A stretch of DNA of 64,000 bases from Octopus sinensis (GCF_006345805.1 NC_043008.1:11470001-11534000), one strand, 5' to 3'. Shown: positions 1 to 14,867, numbered from the stretch's first letter. Program-made: numbers and translations. Notes: generated by a model not told the origin, from the sequence alone.

Positions 1-315
1 GATATTTTGTATATTTACTAGTGAATATATGTCGAATAATTCCAAACAACTTATTGTTTATTCCTTGACCGTCTGAAAATACCTGCCAATGAAGTAAATT
101 AAATCAAGAGATATAGGAATAGAGCTCGATAAGGGATCAAGCGAAAACTTCAGTATATGATTGAAAGATATAAAAAATAAAGAGCTTAAGCTCATGTAGG
201 ATCAGATGTATTCTAATCCAGCCCTAAAAAGATAAGAATAATCCCTAACCTGGAATGGAGAAAGATGATTAAATATATTTAGTACCCAGAATTGTGTAAT
301 ATGATAAATAAATGA

Positions 316-560
316 GCCCTTCTAAAGCCTAGCCAGGCTTATGGGCCCAGTTTCCCGGTTTCAATGGCGTATGCGTTCCCCAACTGGACGGGACGCCACT
401 CCATCGCAGCGTTACTCATTTTTGCCAGCTGAGTGGACTGGATCAACGTGAAATGAAGTGTTTTGCTCAAGAACACAACGCGTCGCCCGGTCCAGGAATC
501 GAAAACAAAATCTTACGATCATGATACTGACATCGTAACCACTAAGCCACGCGCCTCCAC
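316..560 (-). mobile_element. tRNA-derived SINE family A (GTGGAGGCGCGTGGCTTAGTGGTTAG...)
   Basis: A box TGGCTTAGTGG and B box TTCGATTCC on the minus strand. Full-length match to 38576-38832. Confidence 0.85.
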
Positions 561-1039
561 ACTCAGAACTGTGTACATATATTAAATTAGTAGTCTACAA
601 CATGTTTACTGTATCAGTACTCTGTCCGACATTTAGCCGATTCTGTTACACTCTAAATGAAATCCGGTTTTTATTGATGCTTAATCGCGCAGGCCTTTAA
701 TCCACATCAGAAATTTCCAGAAGATGTTGTATATGAATTAAAGGTTGTGTCCATCCGAAAAAGATAGTTTTGTAATTCCTTGCTTAACAGCCTGCACAGA
801 TGATTTGTTCATAGTGACCAAATCTGTGTGCGGCACATAAGCACATCCATCAACTCGACTTTACTTGTACAGTTGCACAATGTACCACACATCAGAAGTT
901 GAATGTATTGCAGAGCAACGCAAAATGGTGTGTTGTACTTGAGAACACTGTGCAGTACCCTGTCCAGAGATCGACCCCACGATCTGTCGATCCTTAGTGC
1001 AATACCCTAACAATTAGACGACGCGTCATCACTTATAGA

Positions 1040-1343
1040 TTGTTTGTTCCTTCTCGAGCCACGCCTTGCTTATAAGGGCCGGTTTCCCGGTTTCTTTGGC
1101 GTATAGGTTCCCCACCTGGACGGGACGCCGGTCCGGCGCAGGTGAGCTGCTAGATGCAGGAGGAAAGACTGAGAGAAAGTTGTGGCGAAAGAGTTAGCAG
1201 AAGTTCGCCAATACCTTCTGCCGGAGCCGCGTGGAGCTTAAGTGTTTCGCTCATAAACACACACATTGCCCAGTCTAAGATTCGAACCCGCCATCCATCG
1301 AGCGCGAGTTCGCTGCTCTAACCACTAGGCCATGTGCCTCCAC
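1040..1343 (-). mobile_element. tRNA-derived SINE family D (GTGGAGGCACATGGCCTAGTGG...)
   Basis: Full-length match to 44284-44585. Partial copies at 8685-8826 and 28990-29082. Confidence 0.8.
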
Positions 1344-1840
1344 CACTTATAGATTAGTTGAAGCTAATGCTGGAAAGCAGGGCTAAACACGGATTCAATG
1401 TTGCATCATATGACTGCTGTATGACATGGTTCGAGCTTTGTATCATTTTGCTTTGTATATTTTACTCCTTCAGCGAATATCCTCCAAAACGTTCATGGAT
1501 CAAGATACATAATATGAGTGTTTAAATAGATGCACTCCCTACGTGAATGACTCCCTTGACTGATATACATCAGATACACAGCTCTAGGGGTTGCTTAACA
1601 CTACCACAAAAATGTCTTCTGGTTAAAAGATATATGCATATGAGCAGATGAACAGGAACGGTTTGGTTATGAGGCAGCTTCAACATGGTACAGACACACA
1701 TAACCAAAGGAGTCTGTAATTGGATCAACATTTTCGATATTGACTCTCGCTTGCATGTGTAAGCTTCAGCAATGGAAGAATAAGAAATAACTTGGAAATA
1801 CTTAAAGCACGAAAGAAATACCGATGCCAGTAAACTGACT

Positions 1841-2061
1841 GGCGGCGAGCTGGCAGAAACGTTAGCACGCCGGGCGAAATGCGTAGCCGTATTTCATCTA
1901 TCGTTACGTTCTGAGTTCAAATTCCACCGAGGTCGACTTTGCCTTTCATCCTTTCGGGGTCAATAAATTAAGTACCAGTTACGCACTGGGGTCGATCTAA
2001 TCGACGTAATCCCTTTGTTTGTCCCCTCTGTGTTTAGCCCCTTGTAGGTAGTAAAGAAATA
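1841..2061 (+). mobile_element. tRNA-derived SINE family B (GGCGGCGAGCTGGCAGAA...), full length
   Basis: A-box-like TGGCAGAAACGTTAG, B-box-like GAGTTCAAATTCC and central ctttcatcctttcgggg...aagtaccag segment. More than 12 copies occur in the window. Confidence 0.85.
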
Positions 2062-2274
2062 TATATTGATGCGACAATCAACAGCAGAATCAATGCCGTT
2101 AACACTGATGATGTCAACCATATATACAGAGTAACAATGCAAGAATGCCAATTCATACACAGTATACGCAGTACAGTTCCCTGAAATTTCCACAAATAGA
2201 ATAATAAAATTGAGTCAGTGTCGATTTCAAGAAAAAAGATAAAGTATGTTTATCTTTCCTATTTTACTCATATA

Positions 2275-2480
2275 TTATTCCATATGAAGTTTGGCTTGAT
2301 CTGGCATTATCGGGTGTTCCAAAAATATTTCAGTGTTAACCTGTGCACCATACTTCAAAATGTTTTGTAGAAAATACTCGTTTCTAAAATAAGAATTCAA
2401 TAAAAAGTTAACAACTCGATTTTGTGGATTGGCACAGTTTGAAATAAATTGCCGCGATTGTTGAGTTGCTGGCACCAAAG
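2275..2480 (-). mobile_element. Possible Tc1/mariner relic
   Basis: NPQNRV and GAQVNTEIFLEH weakly resemble the N.QN.RV and G..VN.E.Y motifs. Confidence 0.3.
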
Positions 2481-2869
2481 GAAGATAATAAACGTTGGAT
2501 GATAAAACTAAAAGTCTAAAATATTATGTATTTTAGAATAATGTGAGTCATGGAGGTAGTTACTAGAATTTCTTTGAGTAGGCAGCGTGTCTCACGGGGT
2601 TGTTTGTAGCCTCCAATTGGCTATGTGGTCACCATTTAGGTCTCCTTTCTAATATTTTGCAGAGACGAGAATGAAGTGGCAAAAGAAAGCATTATAAATA
2701 CAGATGTATGTGCGAGAAGGAATAAATATGACTGTAAAGAATAAATTCCTAGAGTTTAGAAGAAAAGAAATATGCATATAATAGCAAGAACTACGGTCAA
2801 ATTAGCTTCCGACTAAAACGATATGCACGGAACAGAGTAAGAACATTCGTATATATAGTATATGAATAC

Positions 2870-3260
<391 letters not shown>

Positions 3261-4083
3261 CATACATATCATGTATTCTACACAAAGGAATGCACTAACT
3301 ACACTTTCTTCTTTTATACCATCCTTGTTCGAACTTAATTTGAACATACATCTCGCTATTGAAAAGAAAAGAGTAAAACGTAAATATTCGCTGCACATAA
3401 CATAGTACACGTCCATTGAGTTCGGAAAATGCGACTTAACTATTTTCGTGTCTTTTTGCATGTTTCCTTGGGGCAGATCACTGAAACTTCTCTTAAATGA
3501 CCTGTTTGTACTCTGATACAAAATAAATTGGAATAATTGGTCAATCAAACAAGGGATGTTCAGGTTAAAGTCTAGAAATCTATATGGAAACGTAGTTTTT
3601 GAAAATTCCTGCTTGTTTGGAATAGAAATCGAGACAAATGCTGACGAATCTAAATTATAAACAACTATGGGGAAAATTAAGATTACTTGTTTGACAGTAA
3701 CTTTAGGGCTTTCGGTTGTTTTGATGAAAATGTCACCTCCATTACGAAAGACAACTTTTCGAAAAGTTCAGAATAAACAGATATATGTATTCAGAAGTCA
3801 TGTTTAAGAAGAAAGTTCTCTGGCTTAAAGAAGCTATGGAGTTTGTGATTTTTCTTATCATGATGCTATTTTTTCTTTTTTCTTTTTTCTTTTTTTCTTC
3901 TTTTTTTTTCTTTTTCGATGTATGTTACATTATTTAACTATTTCTCCCCAAGAAAAAAAACCGTTGCATCAACGAAAAGATATATATATATATATATAAA
4001 TAATAACATTTCGAATTCCAAATAATAGTCATGATATATATATGTTTATGTAGAATATAGTATGTACGAGGGCGTTTTGTGTG

Positions 4084-4144
<61 letters not shown>

Positions 4145-4228
4145 ATGTATATATGCATAAATATATATAAATATACATATGTATATAAGCATGGATACAT
4201 ACACACACGCGCGCACACACACACACAA

Positions 4229-4267
<39 letters not shown>

Positions 4268-5149
4268 CATATAAACACATATATAGAGAGTTATGTATGT
4301 CTATACGTGTGCATGCGTGTATATATATTCTTTATTCTTTGAGTGGTTCCATTCGATGGACTGTGGCCTTACTGGAACATAGGTCTGATTTTGTTTTTTA
4401 CCACCAGATTGTTTTCAGTTTTGTTAAGGTTTTAGAGCTAGGTGTTCAAGTATAAGTGAGCTCGTAGCAACTGGTCTTCCACGTGCGCGAGCTTGTATAG
4501 TTTGTTGTTAGGTCTAGTCTGAGGTTTTCCCAGTCGGCATGGGTCGGTTGCATCCTCCATCAGCAAATTTGCATCTGCACTATTCCTACAGTATTGAGAG
4601 TATTTAACTCTCATTTTTAGGAATCTAGATGCGTCGGCACACTTAGTATATATACATATATATATATTGACCGGTGTTGTTCAAACGATGAATAGCTTTG
4701 CGTAAACTATTGGTTCGCTTTGTTCTCTTACTTTATCATCATCTTATAATCATCTCATAATAATGACTTTTATGACTCGTATTACAACCACAGTTAATCT
4801 AAATGTATATATTTGTCGTTACCTGTCTGTCATAAATAGCCTTTTTCTATTTGCAATATGCATTTTTGTTGATTTTTCATATTTTACCCTTACATTTCCA
4901 CGTGTATTTTATATGTATATGTATACATATATATATATATATATACCACCCGCCATTCTTAAAGATGTGCATCATTGCGTGTTCTTTAACCTGGTGCGGT
5001 TCGGCGGATTATCGAGTAAACTTACATGTGTCATACTATGTTGCCCGATCTCTTATTTATCTTATTCTGTTTTATGAAATGTGAGTTCTGCTCAATTTAG
5101 CAGGGTTGTAGAGTACATTTTGTGTAGGTGCTGTCTCACTTTATTAAAT

Positions 5150-5480
5150 TTTTACGTTCCGAGAACACTTAAAAAAAAGTCTTTATTGGGTTCTCATAAC
5201 ATAGGGCGTGTGTTCTGAATCAAAATTGCCCTATTTAGGCTATCATATTTGTTAGGCAGAATTTGGGCTGCTCCAAGTAGAACTATAATTTTTGGACATT
5301 GTGTAGTGTTTTAAGTCCTGGTTTTCGGTTATATAATTTTATCATTGCTAGTGTGCCAAATATTTTTGGCAAAATTTTCACTTCCTATTTTGCCCGATCA
5401 TGCAATTTTCAGTCCCAGGATCCTTGTGTTTGGACAATTTCAATACTGATGTATAGGTTGTTAGTCTACAATCGTGGCTA
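5150..5480 (-). mobile_element. Highly decayed R4/Dong-like 3' end
   Basis: IFGTLAMIK...PGLKTLHNVQK/IVLLGAAQIL resembles the IGALG...QK.VLLG.A.IL terminus. Confidence 0.45.
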
Positions 5481-5894
5481 ACGTGCACATTGGTCCGTTT
5501 CTGCAAAAATAATCCCTATGCCCTGCGCCGTGATGAAGAAATTCTAGTGTTGATTCTTTGAAAAACTGTGCGAAGAAGGAATTCGCAGGCCGCGGCTGAA
5601 GCTCTCATGGACGAAGACCGCACAAAAATACAGATACAGATAGAAAATATGTTTGTGGTTGTTGCTAATAAACACACGCACGGTATGAAAATTACAAAGG
5701 TTCGTATAGAGGAGTAAATATCAGTGTTGCAACATGTTTTTGGTCTAAAGAATAATTAGACAACGTAATGAAGAACACACTCGCGCGCAAACATACCCTC
5801 AAACGCATACACAAACACACACAAGCACATTGACAGATAAATATGCACATATAGGCGTATGAGAGTTGCGGTGTGTGAGTGCGCGAGTGTATAA

Positions 5895-6035
5895 GCCAAA
5901 TGTATTTATCCATATATATGTGTGTTGTGTGTGTGTATGTATATATATATATATATATAAATGAATGGATATGTATGTATGTATATACATATATGTGTAT
6001 ATATGTATGTACATGTGTATATTTATCTCTCTCTA

Positions 6036-6066
<31 letters not shown>

Positions 6067-6137
6067 TATTATATATAATATGTATGTATATGTATATATG
6101 TATATATATTGTATATGTATATATGTATTTATATATA

Positions 6138-6234
<97 letters not shown>

Positions 6235-6235
6235 A
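5895..6235. repeat. (GT)/(AT)n compound microsatellite
   Basis: Seen directly in the sequence. Confidence 0.95.
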
Positions 6236-6434
6236 AGAGTAAGAGAGAGAACGAGATCCATTTTCTATATAATGTAACGTATAACTAGAGACCTTTCAAC
6301 ACTTGATCGTTAATTTATTAATCCCATTAATGTTGAAATGTGTAAATGTCTTTCCAACAAAAGCAGAACCAGAATAACAACATCAATGAAAACGATGATG
6401 TATTCTTAATATATCACTTTACAAACTCGCGAAG

Positions 6435-6470
<36 letters not shown>

Positions 6471-6975
6471 AAAAAAATGTAGAAGAAACATTAATACGCG
6501 GTAGTTAGAGACTTGTGGTAAAGTTACTAATATTAGGGGAAATATTCTTGAAATACAGCTGGAATAACAGAAACCTTATTAAATGAGGAAAATAAATGGG
6601 ATTTCTTTATAATTCTTCAGTAACATCTTAGGCGCGTATAATACATTGCTTTTCAAAGATGAAAATATTGTAATATATTACAAGGTCTATTCGAAGCAAT
6701 TAAGGACATTATAAAATCTGTTTCAGGAAAATATTGTATTGAATGATTGATGAGGAATATGTTCATTATAGAACGCATTTCATTATGTTGCGACTTGTTA
6801 ATATCATGTAATTATATTCCGCGTGAACGGGGAGCGCTCAGACATAAATGTACAGCATAGAAAAATATAAGCAGAGTCTGCAATGCGTTTTAAGACATTC
6901 AGTTATTTTGATATACACATAGATGTAGAAACTGCTGTATCGTCGGATATATATACATACATGCATACTCATACA

Positions 6976-7010
<35 letters not shown>

Positions 7011-7025
7011 GTATATATATATATA

Positions 7026-7082
<57 letters not shown>

Positions 7083-7400
7083 GTGCGTGTGTGTATACAC
7101 AGACACATGCTCACATATATATGCATAGATATATGCACGTACCTATATAAATATATGTATATCTGTATATATGTGTACATGTGTGTATACACACACACAT
7201 ACACATACGCACTCTTGCGCGCGCACACACACATATACACAAACTCACAAACACACATATATGTATATATATATATATATATGTGTGTGTACATACACAG
7301 ACACATGCTCAAATATATATGCATAAATATATACACGTGTCTATATAAAAATATGTATATCTCTATATATATGTATATGTGTGTATACACACACCCATAC

Positions 7401-7441
<41 letters not shown>

Positions 7442-7903
7442 ACAAAGACAAATACAACAAAATAAATATGAGAGATCTCAGAAAACTGAACTATGTACAT
7501 TTGTGAGCAGATGTTTCAGGTCTTGTTAGATAATGTCTGTTATATCAGCGTGGTTATTGATTAAATTCTGTCATGTTTCCCGCGTTTTGACATTAACATT
7601 CATACATAAATTCTGTTTTTTTTTTTTTCACAGATTTGAAATTAAAAATTAAAACGATGCTGAAAAGACTCTGCTTCACAATATTATTTCGCGAATCAAA
7701 ATCGGTATTCCAATGTATGTTTTAATATTGTTTTGAATTTCTTATGGAATTTCTTGGAATTTCTTATGTTTTAATATTGCTTTGAATTTCTTACGGAAAT
7801 TTATTAAAATGTATGAAAAAACATATTATCTCATGCGAAGCTCTGAATGTTAATCCTATATTAATGTCTGTTAATGATGCGTGTATATATATATATATAT
7901 ATA

Positions 7904-7949
<46 letters not shown>

Positions 7950-7951
<2 letters not shown>

Positions 7952-8332
7952 CGTAGCAGTGGATGCGTGGTAAGTAGCTTGCTTACGAACCACATGGCTC
8001 CGGGTTCAGTGCCACTGCGTGGCACCTTAGCCAAGCATCTTCTACTATAACCTCGGGCCGACCAAAGCCTTGTGAGTGGATTTGGTAGACGGAAACTGAA
8101 AGAAGCCGGTAGTATATATTTATATATGTATGTGTGTATATGTTTGTCCCCCCAACATTGTTTGACAAACGATGCTGGTGTGTTTACGTCCCCGTAAGCT
8201 AGCGGTTCAATCACCGATAAAATACGTACTGGGCTTACAAAGAATAAGTCCTAGAGTCGGTTTGCTCGGTTAAAGGCGGTGCTCCAGCATGGCCGCAGTC
8301 AAATGACTGAAACAAGCAAAAGAGTAAAAGAG
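7950..8332 (+). mobile_element. tRNA-derived SINE family C (GGCGTAGGAGTGGCTGTGTGGTAAG..., internal AT/GT microsatellite)
   Basis: tRNA-like head with GGTTCAGTcc, conserved gccttgtgagtggatttggtagacggaaactgaaagaagcc block and GAGTAAAA-type tail. More than 10 copies occur. Confidence 0.85.
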
Positions 8333-8684
8333 TATATATGTATATATTTGTATGCATATCTTTCTTTCTTTCTTTCTTTCTATCCATCCATCCATCCATC
8401 CATCCATCAGTGCGTCTCACTCTCTCTCTTCAGGAATACGACCCCCACCAACTGCTCAGCCTATATATCTGTGCAGACCTTTAAATGCCGTGTATGCAAT
8501 AATGGTCTGTAAATTTAATGGAGGTATTTTCAAAAGGTATTTTCAGATCAACAATGATCAGAACTTAACTGCAGCTCTCGGTGATCCAAATCAGATATGC
8601 AATCTATGTGGGTGTCTTTTCAATATATTATATTGTCTGGTTTTAAAATGCACATCAAACGCCATGATCTAATGTGTAAGTTGC

Positions 8685-8826
8685 TGCTTGTTCCTTCTCG
8701 AGCCATGCCTGGCTCATAAGGGCCGGTTTCCCGGTTTCTTGGCGTATGGGTTCCCTACCTGGACGGGACGCCGGTCCATCGCAGGTGAGCTGCAAGATGC
8801 AGGAGGAAAGAGTGAGAGAAAGTTGT
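8685..8826 (-). mobile_element. SINE family D, 3' part
   Basis: Near-identical to 1040-1185. Confidence 0.8.
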
Positions 8827-8909
8827 ACAAGTTGATCTAGCAAGCGGGACCTCATATCAGTGAGGGGGACTCTAAAGGTACAGGGCCTGGAATTTCGGGG
8901 GAGGGAACC

Positions 8910-9075
8910 AGTCGATTACCCAACACCAGTGCATAACTGGTATTTATTTTATCGACCCCAAAAGTATGAAAGGCAAATTCGAACTCGGGTGGCATTTGAA
9001 TTTGGAACGTAAACACAGATGAAATGCCGCTAAGACTTTTGTCCGGTCTGCTAACAATTCTACCTGCTCACCGCC
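8910..9075 (-). mobile_element. SINE family B, decayed
   Basis: Reverse-complement similarity to 1841-2061. Confidence 0.65.
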
Positions 9076-9282
9076 TATAATGATATAAATCTAAAGAGGT
9101 GGAAAGTGCACCACACACACACACTAATATTTTTATATAAGTACAAAGTCAATACATCGACGGTGTCATGAAAATGTCGTCTGAAAGTGATTTGTTGGTA
9201 AGAGGTTTGCTTTCCAAACAGATACACCAAAGTCTTGTGAGTGAATTTGGTAGATGGAAACTAAAAGAAGCCCTTCGTACAT

Positions 9283-9668
9283 ATATACTCTTTTACTCAT
9301 TTACTTGTTTCAGCCATTTGTCTGCGGCCATGGTGGAACACGACTATCAGTCGAAAAAATCAGCCCCAGGACTTATTCTTTATAAGTACTTAAGTTATCG
9401 GTCAATTTTGCCGAACCGCTAAGTTACAGGGACGTAAAGACATAAACATCGTTTGTCATGAGATGGCGGGAGGACAAACACAAACACGAAAATAAATACA
9501 TTTATATATATACGATGGGATTCTTTCAGTTTCCATCTACCAAATCTACTCACAAGGATTTGGTGGGACTGAGGCTATAGTAGAAGACACCTACCCAAGG
9601 TGCTACTCAGTGGGACTGACCCCGGAACCATGTGTTGGGAAGCAGGTTTCTTACCACACAACCACTAC
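9283..9668 (-). mobile_element. SINE family C
   Basis: Reverse-complement similarity. A + strand fragment at 9215-9275 is adjacent. Confidence 0.8.
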
Positions 9669-9991
9669 TGTACCTATATTTATATACATACACTTGGGTG
9701 TGCGTGGAGAGGGGTGCTGTTTATTTGTTCCTGTCATCGCTTGACAGCCACTGTTGCTGTGTTGTGCACACGCAACTTAGTGGTTGGGCAAAAGGGACCA
9801 GTAAAATGCCTCAGGCATAAAAATAATTGCTGGAGTCAATTCCTTGGACTAAAATTCCTGATGGCGGTTCCCCAGGATGACTGCAGCCTCTTGACTGTGA
9901 GAAATAAAAGATAAAAGATACATACATACATATATATACATACATACATACATATGTACATATACATACATACATAGATACATACACACAC

Positions 9992-10037
<46 letters not shown>

Positions 10038-11744
10038 TACATACGTACATACAAACACGCACACACATACATATATATATATACATACATATCATATATA
10101 TATATATATGCATATATATATAAATATACACACATATACATATATATGCATATATACACACACATATATATATAAATACATACATTCACATACATATGTA
10201 CTTATATGCGTGTATATATATATATATATGAGTATGTATACATATATGTATACACACACACAGACACACACACATATATATATATATATATACGGGTATA
10301 TGTATATACGATCTGTAAGTGTCATTGTTTATGTATATCTACTTATACATATACGATCCTGATTAGATAGAATTTGACATCTGTGATGTTTATACAGAGG
10401 ATCAAACACCAAATATAATAACATTATCGGAGATTACTTAAACAAACGCATTGTAATGACAGAATTATCATCACTAATAATTATATTCGTTTCTTGATAG
10501 AAATCATCTTGTTAATATTTCATTCTTTAATGCTCTTTTGATGTTGCGCAACGTAAGTTATACACCACTACAGACTGTCAACCGTTTGATAACGTCACTA
10601 ATACGTTTACGCACGACATAAGTGTCACACATTCTTCTTTATATTCCTCTGCTATGCAAAGAACTCTGCTTTCTACCAATTTGATATTAGATATTTGATA
10701 TATTGTGTATAATAATTGCATGTTTTAAATGAAAAAGTAATGTGTTCGAAAGTTTTGCAAACTACAGGAAAAATAAAAAAAACAAGCAAATAATCTCATC
10801 CAGACATTTTCTTTTTTTTTTTTTTCTTCAAAATGAAATATAACATGTATAGAAATATCATATTTTTGCTTGCGTATTGTTTTTCAAACAAATCACTAAA
10901 GATCTCTGGGAATATATAATTTCATATTTTCTTTATGATATATATATTGAGTATTGCATTTTTCTATCGGCCATATTTCAACAAAGTTTTATATAATTAT
11001 AGTCATCGCTTTTATCTCTGTCTCTCCTTTCTCTCGATCACGCGTTTTTTCAGCCATTCGCTCACTCAAGCACCCACTCAATATCTGTGTATATGCGATT
11101 ATGTGTACGTGTGTATACGTGGCTGCGTGATTATATGTGTCTACACACGTATATACATTGAAGATATCAACGTATGTTACGTACGTACAGTTATGTATGA
11201 ATGTATATGCATACATGTCTACACACACACACACATATGTTGCATGTTATAAAACGTTTGCACTTCGGTGCCACTGGTATATATCTTATCGATATTCAAT
11301 ATTTTCATATGGGCACTGTTACTTTACTTGACATACATCATCGGAACATTTCGTATTTCAGATATTCATGTTTGTCTACTATCAAGAGATTTTACATTTC
11401 ATAGGCAACCGACCTCTGTCAACGGGAAAAAATATATTTCATGGAACTTCATATTTCATGACACGAACTCTCGAAAGAGTTTTTTTTGTACTAACTAACC
11501 GAGACAAAGCATTATTAAACGAAAGCAACTAGATATACTTGTATATTGATAAAAAGATGTAATGATATATTTATTTCCAGTAACAAAGCAGTCTAGAATG
11601 TATACGATTCGTTTGACACTTAGACCTACCTTAATGTCCAAAATACAAAGTGTTTCAAAACGATGATCGAAAATATTTATAGGAATGACTCGCATCGGGT
11701 TTGTGGATGAGTTTTCCACGTTCCCGATTAAAGTACATAACTCT

Positions 11745-11972
11745 CTTTACTCTTTACTCTTTTACTTGTTGCAGTCATTTGACTGCGGCCATGCTGGAGC
11801 ACCGCCTTTAATCGAGCAACTCGACCCCGGGGCTTATTCTTTTGTAAGCCCAGTACTTATTCCATCGGTCTCTTTTGCCGAACTGCTAAGTAACGGGGAC
11901 ATAAACACACCAGCATCGGTTGTTAAGCAATGCTAGGGGGACAAACACAGACACACAAACACACACACGCAA

Positions 11973-12003
<31 letters not shown>

Positions 12004-12285
12004 TATGACGGGCTTCTTTCAGTTTCTATCTACCAAATCCACTGACAAGGCTTTGGTCGGCCCGAGGCTATAGTAGAAGACACTTGCCCAAAGTGCCACG
12101 CCGTGGGACTGAACCCGGAACCATGTGGTTGGTTAGCAAGCTATCAAATCAACACACAAGTCTAGTCTTCGGTCCGCCCGAAGCTAAATTAAAAGACACT
12201 TAACCACAATACCGTGCAGTGGGACTCAAACCTGAACCGTGTGGTTGGGAATCAAGCTTCTTACCACACAGCCACTCCTGCGCCT
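11745..12285 (-). mobile_element. SINE family C, full copy plus an adjacent variant 5' half
   Basis: Full copy at 11745-12141 and variant fragment at 12147-12285. Confidence 0.85.
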
Positions 12286-12329
12286 ACACATTTTATTATA
12301 AAGCAAGTGTGTGAATATTCGATGGGTAT

Positions 12330-12750
12330 TTGTACGTAATCCTCTCAGATACCCAGGATGTTGTTGTTTCTGATTTGCGTGACTGTTTTGTTTGCAAGTT
12401 CAGTCTATTTCACAGTAGTACTGTTTCCACGAAACAACTTTTGTTCACGTACTTGTGGACGAAAGAAGTCGATGTTAAAACAATATTTTCCGAACTACCA
12501 CACCATTATATCGTCTCGTACAAGTTAAAGCCGTCATGATTGATGTTTTCACGTCTGGTGGATTACGCTTGATTTCCGTGTCCTTCGTGTCTCTCAGCAT
12601 CATAACCATTCGTACCTTCTGTAGTTTATAAATTTCAACTATTGACGCTAGTGGTAACTGCAATGAGATCTTTTTACGATAAAGATCTGAACTGATCAAT
12701 ATCTGATGTAGGCGTAGGCACTTTCTAATGAACACCGAATAATATCTACC
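12330..12750 (-). mobile_element. HERO-like RLE retrotransposon coding relic
   Basis: RKCLRLHQILISSDLYRKKISLQLPLASIVEIYKLQKVRMVMMLRDTKD resembles the recalled post-RT motif RKWLGLP..LSS.ALY....LQLP..S..EE.K..K.R..M.LRDS.D. Confidence 0.65.
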
Positions 12751-12788
12751 GATATTATTCAATTTAAAATAATTATATAATTACTATA

Positions 12789-13194
12789 GGCGTAGGAGTG
12801 GCTGTGTGGTAAGTAACTTGCTTACGAGCCACATGGTTCCGGGTTCAGTCCCACTGCGTGGCACCTTAGGCAGGTGTCTTCTACTATAGCCTCGGGCCGA
12901 CCAAAGCCTTGTGAGTGGATTTGGTAGACGGAAACTGAAAGAAGCCCATCATATATATATGTATATATGTATGTGTGTGTATATGTTTGTGTGTCTGTGT
13001 TTGTTCTCTCACCATCACTTGACAACCGATGGTGGTGTGTTTACGTCTCGTAACTTAGCAGTTTGGCAAAAGAGACCAATATCATAAGTACTAGGCTTAC
13101 AAAGAATAAGTCCTGGGGTCGATTAGCTCGATTAAAGGCGGTGCTCCAGCATGGCCTCACGCAAATGACTGAAACAAGTAAAAGAGAGTAAAGA
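12789..13194 (+). mobile_element. SINE family C, full length
   Basis: Direct similarity to family C. Confidence 0.85.
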
Positions 13195-14054
13195 GATATT
13201 TTCTATGTAGCCATGAGGGCAATGATTCTGTATGCAAGCGCGATTCATACGTAGCAAACGCAACGAAACAAGTACAAGCGTAACGCAACTAAGTACAAGC
13301 CTTCCAATACACAGACACATCACCATCCAGACTTAAATATACACAGAAAGTCTAAGCCAAATGTAAGAATAGATAAACGGTTACAAGTGAAAGAATTCTA
13401 GTGAAAATTAGAGCAAAATTATTACGAAATTAAAAGTAATGCTTCAAAAAATCATGAACCAATTGTTTTTGCTTTCGATGAATTTCTTGTGTAATATGCA
13501 AAATTATAACGATTTAGTGAAATATGTACATTTTCAGAGAGAAGTAGCCATTAACAAAAAGCAAATATGAACAAATTCTTTAGGCTGTATAGATCTCATT
13601 ATTTCCAGCTTTTCTTTATGTTTTACCATAAAAATACCAGACATGTTTAAAGCATCAATTTTACTTTTGTCGTTCGGCAATTAGTATCATTTTGTAACAG
13701 AAATGGCGAAGAAATTTTCTATTCATTAAAATTTTTTGTACAGTGATTGTCATAACTTCAAGAATTGCCACAATTAGTATTGATATTATATATTGTCTTA
13801 ATTTGTCTGAAATTAGTATTGCTACTACACAAGTATTATAGCTGAAACCGTTAACTAATTGAGTAATTAACAATACTTTAGTTGCCAATGCAGATTCCTG
13901 TCTTTTTATTCAGAAAACAAAATTTTTAAAAGCTATTCAAAATATCCGGTTTGACAAACAAAATATCTCTCTTTCTATATCACTATACGCAAACACGGAT
14001 ACATCACACACACTCACACACACACAATCACACACACAGAAAAGTATGCATGTA

Positions 14055-14090
<36 letters not shown>

Positions 14091-14716
14091 GTGGAGGCTT
14101 ATCAGCAATGTAACAACAACCAAAAGGCAAATTATGGACCTCTCTAAAGACAGAGAGGCTACAAAGTGGTACCGACATTGCTAGAAATAAGAGTAAAAAC
14201 GACTCATTAATCACAAATGCATAATCTTAGTAAGTAAGCAAATATAGCTATATTACGTGATTTCAAATTGTGATGCAGAAGCAGATTTGTCTCCCCTCGT
14301 CAGCTTACTAAGGTAGTACTTTTGTGGCTAATGAGGCATTTTGGCTGTTATTCCTAGCAATGCTGGTACCATTTTATTTTAGTGACTCCTATTAATGTCT
14401 TTGGGTTGTTAAATTGTTAATAAGCCACCCATAATATTTATAGTTTTCAAACCTACCATTTTTGAAATCAGCACTTGTGAAGGTTTTTTTTTTTTTATAA
14501 GTTGACGAGGTGAGAGGAGTGTGGTAAGAGATGATGACGGGAATTAAGAAGCTCTGCATCAAAATTCGAAATTACGTGATATAAGTATATCTGCGACCGT
14601 ATGGAGCTTTGTTTCCCTTGCCAACTTACTAAGAGAGTACTTCTGTGGCTAATGAGTTGATTTGACTCTTATTTCTAGCAAAGCCAGCACCACATCATAC
14701 CCTCTTTTACTTAGTG

Positions 14717-14832
14717 ATCTCTCTCTCTCTCTCTCGCTTTCTCTCTCGCTTTCTCTCTCTCTCGCTTTCTCTCTCTCTCGCTTTCTCTCTCTCTCGCTTT
14801 CTCTCTCTCTCGCTTCTCTCTCTCTCTCGCTT

Positions 14833-14867
<35 letters not shown>

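Noticed and set aside
1841-2061. Helitron/Helentron identity for family B, suggested by the 3' GCCC/GGGC hairpin and tandem arrays
   Set aside because: The Pol III A/B boxes and SINE-type central segment argue for a SINE, and no CTRR terminus is present.
2070-2150. RINAVNTDDVN resemblance to KXD1
   Set aside because: Only a 7-residue match, with no continuation of the motif in adjoining sequence.
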